Of a stretch of 64,000 nucleotides of DNA, positions 58,501-64,000 are shown one piece after another. Each line of letters begins with the position of its first letter. Position 1 is the stretch's first letter. The notes beneath the pieces are model-generated. The model worked only from the letters and a program-made list of their open reading frames with translations, was not told the origin of the DNA and searched no databases. The stretch comes from an uncultured Ignavibacteriales bacterium (GTDB lineage Bacteria > Bacteroidota > Ignavibacteria > Ignavibacteriales > Ignavibacteriaceae): positions 59,093 to 123,092 of the forward strand of contig CAVUOL010000075.1 in assembly GCA_963742995.1 (NCBI GenBank), given 5' to 3'. The translations under genes and the position numbers were made by a program.

Positions 58501-59964
58501 TTGAAGGGTCACACTCTCGACTATATCATTATAGCAGCTTATCTTATCGGGATCACTATCTTTGGTATTGTCTCAGGTGGAAAACAAAAGTCAATTAAAG
58601 ACTATTTTTTAGGCGCAAACTCTGTACCCTGGTGGGCTGTTTGCTTTTCAATTGTTGCCGCCGAAACAAGTACATTGACTTTCATTTCTATTCCTGGACT
58701 TGCTTATTTAACTAATCTGAATTTTTTACAGGTTACTTTTGGCTACCTTATCGGCAGAATAATTGTCGCCTTCTTTTTTTTACCAGCTTATTATAAAGGC
58801 AATCTTAAAACAGCATATTCCTATTTAGGTTCAAGATTTGGCGGGAAAACCCGTTCTTTCGCTTCAATAGTTTTTTTATTTACAAGAACCGCTGCAGATG
58901 GTGTGAGATTAGCGGCAACCGCAATCCCTCTTTATTTAATGCTTGGAATAAATGAAGCCGCAGCAATTATAATTATTGCTGCTGTTGCTCTTATTTATAC
59001 TTATACTGGCGGAGTTAAAGGAGTCATTTGGGTCGATGTAATTCAAATGTTTATTTATCTCGGTGGCGCTTTTATCGCTGGTATTTATTTAATAAATTAT
59101 CTGCCGGATGGATTGAATTCTGTCGTTAATATTGCCTCCGTCGGAAATAAGTTACAGGTTATAAATCTTGGTTTTGATGATGGTATAGCAGGATTTTTTT
59201 CTCAGTCTTATACTTTAATTGGAGGACTTGTCGGGGGAGCTTTCCTTTCAATGGCTTCTCATGGTACAGATCAACTTGTCGTTCAAAGGTTATTAACAAC
59301 TAAAAATCTTGAAGATAGTAAAAAAGCAATTATAGGTAGCGGTATAATAGTGATAATTCAATTCGCCCTCTTCCTTCTTGTAGGTGTTTTGCTTTATGCA
59401 TACTATGGAACACTAGATCTTCAAAGCATTGACATTTCTAAACCGGATGAAATATTTCCGAAATTCATTATCAATGCTCTGCCTCCCGGAATTACCGGGA
59501 TTATTATTGCAGGTTTATTCGCCGCTGCCTTATCTACTCTTGCCGGCTCAATTAGTTCTCTTGCTTCCTCAACTATGATAGATCTGTATATCCCTTTTTT
59601 CGGAAAATTAGATAACGATAAAAAACACTTACGCATTTCAAGAATGTTCACAATTATGTGGGCTGCTCTTCTTACTTTTTCTGCTTTCTTTTTTATCTCT
59701 TCACCTCGCTCGGTTGTTGAAATTGCTTTAAGTATTGCTTCTTTTACCTATGGCGGTTTATTAGGAGCGTTTTTAATTGGCATTTTTATTAAAAAAGCCC
59801 GGCAGGAAGATGCACTCGCAGGATTTATTGCCGGTATTTTTATAATGATTACCGTTATAACCTTGAAGTTAGTAGCGTGGACATGGTTTACCTTAATCGG
59901 CGTTCTTACCGCTTTATTAATAGGAAAAATATTATCCGTTCTATCTGATAAGGAAATTAACTAA
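58501..59964 (+). CDS. sodium:solute symporter (SSF) family transporter
   Basis: 487 aa, about 13 TM helices, SSF-like N-terminal motif (..YFLG..S.PWWAV..S..A.E.S..TF...PG.AY). TTG start. Confidence 0.8.
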   Translation: MKGHTLDYIIIAAYLIGITIFGIVSGGKQKSIKDYFLGANSVPWWAVCFSIVAAETSTLTFISIPGLAYLTNLNFLQVTFGYLIGRIIVAFFFLPAYYKGNLKTAYSYLGSRFGGKTRSFASIVFLFTRTAADGVRLAATAIPLYLMLGINEAAAIIIIAAVALIYTYTGGVKGVIWVDVIQMFIYLGGAFIAGIYLINYLPDGLNSVVNIASVGNKLQVINLGFDDGIAGFFSQSYTLIGGLVGGAFLSMASHGTDQLVVQRLLTTKNLEDSKKAIIGSGIIVIIQFALFLLVGVLLYAYYGTLDLQSIDISKPDEIFPKFIINALPPGITGIIIAGLFAAALSTLAGSISSLASSTMIDLYIPFFGKLDNDKKHLRISRMFTIMWAALLTFSAFFFISSPRSVVEIALSIASFTYGGLLGAFLIGIFIKKARQEDALAGFIAGIFIMITVITLKLVAWTWFTLIGVLTALLIGKILSVLSDKEIN

Positions 59965-59979
59965 TATATGCTTAAATTC

Positions 59980-61272
59980 TCAAATATTTTGCCTTTTATA
60001 AATATCTTCCGTCTCCTCTTTGTTTTCTGAAATTATTTCTTTTACTTTAAGTTTTTTTACCAGTTTTCCGATTGTTAAACCCTGAATTATAATTGAAAAT
60101 AATACAACCATGTATGTTATTGAAACAATAAAACCTTTATGCATGTTATTTTGCAATGATAAAGCAAGCGCTACCGATATCCCCCCTCTTAATCCACCCC
60201 AGGTAAGAATCCATATACTATGTTTTATAAATCCTCTTTTAAATCTTAACAAAGTTATTGGAATTCCTACCGATATAAAACGGGCAACAAGTACAACAAA
60301 TATTGCAAAAAGACCGGCTAGAAAATAAGGATTTATTTTTATTACCAGTATTTCAAAACCAATTAGTATAAATAATAATGCATTTAATATCTCGTCTATC
60401 ATCTCCCAGAATTTATCAATATAGTTTTGTGTAGTATCGGACATAGCATACTTTTTACCTGCATTACCCGTTATTATACCGGCTGCTACCATAGCTAAGG
60501 GACCTGAAATTTGTAATAGTTCTGCAAGTGAATAGCCTCCTGTTACTATAGCTATTGTAATTAAAACTTCCACTTTGTAATTATCTATCGATTTTAATAA
60601 AATATATCCTGCATACCCTACTATTAAACCTAAGATTATTCCTCCGCCGGCTTCTCTTAAAAAAAGAATAATTATATCTGCAACCTTAAAACTTTCGATC
60701 CCTATTTTGGCAACCTGATATATACTTGTAAATATTACAACTGCCACCCCGTCATTAAATAACGATTCACCTGTAATTTTTATTTCAAGGCTTTTGGGAA
60801 TACCCGCATCCTTTAAAATACCTAATACCGCTACCGGGTCTGTTGGTGAAATCAATGCTCCGAATAATAAGGCGTAGATATATTCTATCGGCTCACCGGT
60901 AAATCTCATAAAATAATATATTAAGGTTCCAACTATAACAGTTGAGGTTAAAACTCCTAAGGTCGCAAATATTATCACAGGATATCTTTCTTTTCTTAAA
61001 CTGGTAAAATCAATGTTTATAGCTCCCGCAAATAACAGGAAGCTTAACATTACATTTAACAATATTTGCGAAAAATCTATATTTTGAATTGCATCTACTG
61101 CATCTTTTTTAAATCCGGGACTTACATTTCCGATTGCCACTATCAATAATGAAGATACAAGAGCAATGACCATCATCCCAATTGTAAACGGAAGTCTCAA
61201 ATAACGGAAATTTATATATGCATAGGCAGCAGATAAAACAATAAGAATTGCAAAAGCGTGATAAAGTTCCAT
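59980..61272 (-). CDS. CPA1-family Na+/H+ antiporter (NhaP-type)
   Basis: 430 aa, about 11-12 TM helices. ..GALISPTDPVAV.. and ..GESLFNDGVAVV.. are CPA1 hallmarks. Confidence 0.85.
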   Translation of the reverse strand: MELYHAFAILIVLSAAYAYINFRYLRLPFTIGMMVIALVSSLLIVAIGNVSPGFKKDAVDAIQNIDFSQILLNVMLSFLLFAGAINIDFTSLRKERYPVIIFATLGVLTSTVIVGTLIYYFMRFTGEPIEYIYALLFGALISPTDPVAVLGILKDAGIPKSLEIKITGESLFNDGVAVVIFTSIYQVAKIGIESFKVADIIILFLREAGGGIILGLIVGYAGYILLKSIDNYKVEVLITIAIVTGGYSLAELLQISGPLAMVAAGIITGNAGKKYAMSDTTQNYIDKFWEMIDEILNALLFILIGFEILVIKINPYFLAGLFAIFVVLVARFISVGIPITLLRFKRGFIKHSIWILTWGGLRGGISVALALSLQNNMHKGFIVSITYMVVLFSIIIQGLTIGKLVKKLKVKEIISENKEETEDIYKRQNI

Positions 61273-61435
61273 AATCTATTATATTCTATAAAATCGTATA
61301 ATAATTTATAGTAGCAATTATCAAATGACTGAAATTAAGTCACTGAAGTTACACAAACATTGCCATGAGACTGGGAAGAATCTCCTAAGTAAGAATAAAG
61401 ATATGCAGATATAATCTCTCTAATTTCCAGACAAA

Positions 61436-62455
61436 TTAATTAGCATTTTTTAATACCATGTTCTTTAATGTATTAATCCACTGGGGGGCGTCATTTAAAC
61501 TTTCAACAAGCTGTACTTTCTCTCCCCCGTTTTTAACAAATAAATGCTGATATTCAATTCCAATTTCAACTATCGTTTCCAAACAGTCTGCCACAAATGC
61601 CGGACTAAATACCAGTAGCTTTTTTGCACCTTTCTTTGCTTGTTCAACTATAACCTTGTCTGAAAAAGGCTTAAGCCATTTTTCATCAAGTCTCGATTGA
61701 AAGCTGACAGTATACTTTTCTTTTGGAATATTTAACCTTTCTGCAAGTAATCGGGTTGTCGCATAACAAACTGCTTTATAGCAAAATTTGTTTTCTTCGG
61801 TAATTTCATTTTCACAATTATGGGCTGAGCATGGTTTCCTGTCACCATGAACTTTATCTACCTGTCTTTCAGGTAATCCATGATAACTAAATAAAACATG
61901 ATCGTACTCATTAATATTGTATTTTCTTCCTATCTCTGCAAACGAAGCAATATATCCTTCATCATCATAAAATTGATTGATTATACTTAATTCCGGAATA
62001 ACCCACCATTTACTGATTATTTTTAATGTTTTATCTATTGCGGAACCGGTACTCGCAGAAGCATATTGAGGGAAAAGCGGTAAAACAATTATTCTTTTAT
62101 AATTATCCTTTTTCATTCTCTCAAGTACAGCATCCATGCTTGGGCTTTGATATCGCATTGCTAATTCAACTTTAAAATTATCTCCTAACTTCTCCTGGAG
62201 TTTTCGCTGTACCCCTTCACTATATATTAAAAGAGGGGACCCCTTCTCTGTCCACATCTGTTGGTATATTTTTGTCGACTTCGGAGCTCGAAAAGGAACT
62301 ATAATTACATTTACTAAAAATTTCCTTAATATATATGGAATATCAATAACTCTGGGATCATTTAAAAATTCACTTAAATATTTTCTAACATCTGCTACCA
62401 TTGCACTTAATGGTGTACCTAATTGTATTAGTAAAACTCCTATTTCTGATTTCAT
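61436..62455 (-). CDS. hemH: ferrochelatase
   Basis: 339 aa. GVLLIQLGTP, ..LPLFPQYASASTGS.., FSYHGLPE, ..FVADCLET..E. Confidence 0.9.
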   Translation of the reverse strand: MKSEIGVLLIQLGTPLSAMVADVRKYLSEFLNDPRVIDIPYILRKFLVNVIIVPFRAPKSTKIYQQMWTEKGSPLLIYSEGVQRKLQEKLGDNFKVELAMRYQSPSMDAVLERMKKDNYKRIIVLPLFPQYASASTGSAIDKTLKIISKWWVIPELSIINQFYDDEGYIASFAEIGRKYNINEYDHVLFSYHGLPERQVDKVHGDRKPCSAHNCENEITEENKFCYKAVCYATTRLLAERLNIPKEKYTVSFQSRLDEKWLKPFSDKVIVEQAKKGAKKLLVFSPAFVADCLETIVEIGIEYQHLFVKNGGEKVQLVESLNDAPQWINTLKNMVLKNAN

Positions 62456-62496
62456 AAATATTGATTTTAATTTTTAATCTTGAGTATAGATGGAAT

Positions 62497-63108
62497 TTAT
62501 AGATTATAAAATTTTATATAATCATCTTTTGTCATTCCATAATAATAAAGATCTACAAGTTCGCCCCAATAGGTCTTATGATCTTTCTTTAAGGTACCTT
62601 CTCTTGAAAATCCGCAGCGTTCTGCCAATTCATAACTTCTATTATTATTCGTCATTATTCTCAGAAAAAGTCTATTCATTAATAGATTTTCAAAACTGAA
62701 TTTTATGATTGCTGACAATGCTTCCGTCATAATTCCCTGCCCTTCATATTCCTTGGAAATAATGTATGCTATTTCTCCTCTCGGTATAACCCAGTCTATA
62801 TTTTTTAAGGAAATATGACCAATAAATTTTGCATTTTCTTTGAACCATATACCGAAATTAAATGCTGATTGTTCATCCCATTCTTCTATTTTTTTTCTGA
62901 TAAAATATTCTGCACTATATGCATCACGAATATTTGAAAGCATTACCGGGAAATTGTCGAGCATTCTATCTTTATTACTCTCAATTGTTTCATAAAGTAT
63001 TTTTCCCTCGCCTGCTCTGTATCTTTCTAACGATATTCTATTTGTTTCCAGTTTAGGAACAATATTTACCAGATCTTCCATAATAAATGATTGAAAAAAA
63101 TTATCCAA
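62497..63108 (-). CDS. GNAT-family N-acetyltransferase (RimJ/RimL-like)
   Basis: 203 aa. ..YEGQGIMTEAL.. acetyl-CoA loop and ..N..S..L.ERCGF..EG pattern. Confidence 0.8.
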   Translation of the reverse strand: MDNFFQSFIMEDLVNIVPKLETNRISLERYRAGEGKILYETIESNKDRMLDNFPVMLSNIRDAYSAEYFIRKKIEEWDEQSAFNFGIWFKENAKFIGHISLKNIDWVIPRGEIAYIISKEYEGQGIMTEALSAIIKFSFENLLMNRLFLRIMTNNNRSYELAERCGFSREGTLKKDHKTYWGELVDLYYYGMTKDDYIKFYNL

Positions 63109-63325
63109 ACTATAGTGATTCTTTTGCTTTTTTCCTCTGTAACTAAATTAAAAGATCTGCGCAATAATTTTATTGCAGTATCAAAATCTTCCTGATTTGT
63201 TAGATATTTTGAATATCCATCCGATCCTACAATTTACCGCTAAATATAAATTATTTGGCAATAATCCGCCAAGAGTAAAAATTAGTTTTTGTAGGTTATG
63301 TGACCTATGTTTTTCGACTATTTAT

Positions 63326-64000
63326 TTAATCTAAATTTGCCTTCTCAAACAGATGAATATCACCAAGTTTCAATATTATATCACCGTTTGAATTAGTATT
63401 AAATGATCTTATAAACTTTGCACCCCATATTATCTCATCAAAAGTATAAGAATATCTTGAATGAACCACCTGGCTGAATGTATCATCATACCCCTTTATC
63501 AGGATTAATACCTCAAATTGTTTCTCCTTTAATTCATCCAAACTCCGTCCCCATATCGGACTTTCTTCATCAATTGGATGAACAACTGTCCAGCTTAATG
63601 CAAAAAAATGTACACTGTATCTTTCAAGACTCATATCATAATATTTTCTGTTATAATCTTTATCTACAAGTACTGCCATTACCTTAGCCTCTAAATCCAT
63701 AAGATTATTGTTTCTCTGATTGACTATTCTGAATTGCAATGATCTAATCCCTTTATATGGAGCAACTATTGCATTCTTGCTGTATAAAATTCTTGAAAAA
63801 GGATGCGAGAATCTTCCATACAATAGACCGGTAATTAATGCAAAAGCCAATACTCCTGTCATAGCTTCAATTGTAACAATAAAGTTCGTTAACATCCCTT
63901 GCGGAAGAATGCCTCCGTATCCTATAGTGGTGGAAGTCTGAACACTAAAGAAAAAGCAGTTAAAATAATTCTCTAATGAACTCGATCGGATTACCCCTTG
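63326..64000 (-). CDS. inward-rectifier-type (KirBac-like) potassium channel, N-terminus beyond window end
   Basis: The reading frame stays open upstream of the listed Met to nt 64000 and encodes ..FFFSVQTSTTIGYGGILPQG.. (K+ selectivity filter TIGYG). This is followed by a Kir-type cytoplasmic beta-domain (..LQFRIVNQRNN.L.DLEAKV..). Confidence 0.8.
   Translation of the reverse strand, partial: QGVIRSSSLENYFNCFFFSVQTSTTIGYGGILPQGMLTNFIVTIEAMTGVLAFALITGLLYGRFSHPFSRILYSKNAIVAPYKGIRSLQFRIVNQRNNNLMDLEAKVMAVLVDKDYNRKYYDMSLERYSVHFFALSWTVVHPIDEESPIWGRSLDELKEKQFEVLILIKGYDDTFSQVVHSRYSYTFDEIIWGAKFIRSFNTNSNGDIILKLGDIHLFEKANLD

Noticed and set aside
63110-63262. Possible gene remnant on the minus strand (..VGSDGYSKYLTNQEDFDTAIKLLRRSFNLVTEEKSK..) reminiscent of an MmcQ/YjbR-type C-terminus
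   Set aside because: It has no start codon, only about 50 codons are open, and the similarity is from memory of a loose pattern. That is insufficient for a call.

Overview
Low-GC bacterial chromosome segment centred on the replication origin. All function calls rest on motif recall from the translated ORFs; no searches were run.

**Origin and core genes**
- rpmH-rnpA-yidD-yidC (minus strand) diverge from dnaA-dnaN-recF-DUF721-gyrB-gyrA (plus strand).
- DnaA-box clusters sit in both the rpmH/dnaA and dnaA/dnaN spacers.
- Gene orientation switches sharply at about 26.8-27.2 kb.
- Left replichore: SCO-like fragment, class III cyclase, DUF2723, three consecutive frame-disrupted genes (glgP, VOC/glyoxalase, DUF1003), an SPFH module, lutC plus a lutB-lutA fusion, dCMP deaminase, a porin-pstSCAB operon and a patatin-Omp85 protein. 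The pst operon is preceded by five TTAACA-type boxes at exact 11-bp phasing.
- Right replichore: beta-CASP MBL hydrolase, an ECF sigma module, tandem DUF3078 barrels, glgA, a GlmU-like transferase, rsmB, a RodZ-like protein, ligA, STAS, SSF and NhaP transporters, hemH, GNAT and a KirBac-type K+ channel running off the window end.

**Accessory-looking stretch (about 43.5-52 kb)**
- A TetR-led TauE/FmdE/thioredoxin/thioredoxin/CcdA operon is bracketed by two direct copies of a roughly 185-bp non-coding element.
- It also holds an orphan receiver, a clearly GC-richer alpha/beta hydrolase, and a gene-poor tract with a decayed repeat-protein ORF flanked by GCGAAAC-TCC-GTTTCGC hairpins.
- Many spacers across the window carry short imperfect tandem word repeats (STRR-like).

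**Not found:** rRNA, tRNA, CRISPR, transposase, integrase or a recognisable defence system. I found no convincing novel multi-gene system. The repeat-bracketed redox operon and the dispersed non-coding repeat families are the best leads.

**Taxon guess:** FCB group (Ignavibacteria/Bacteroidota-like); inference only.
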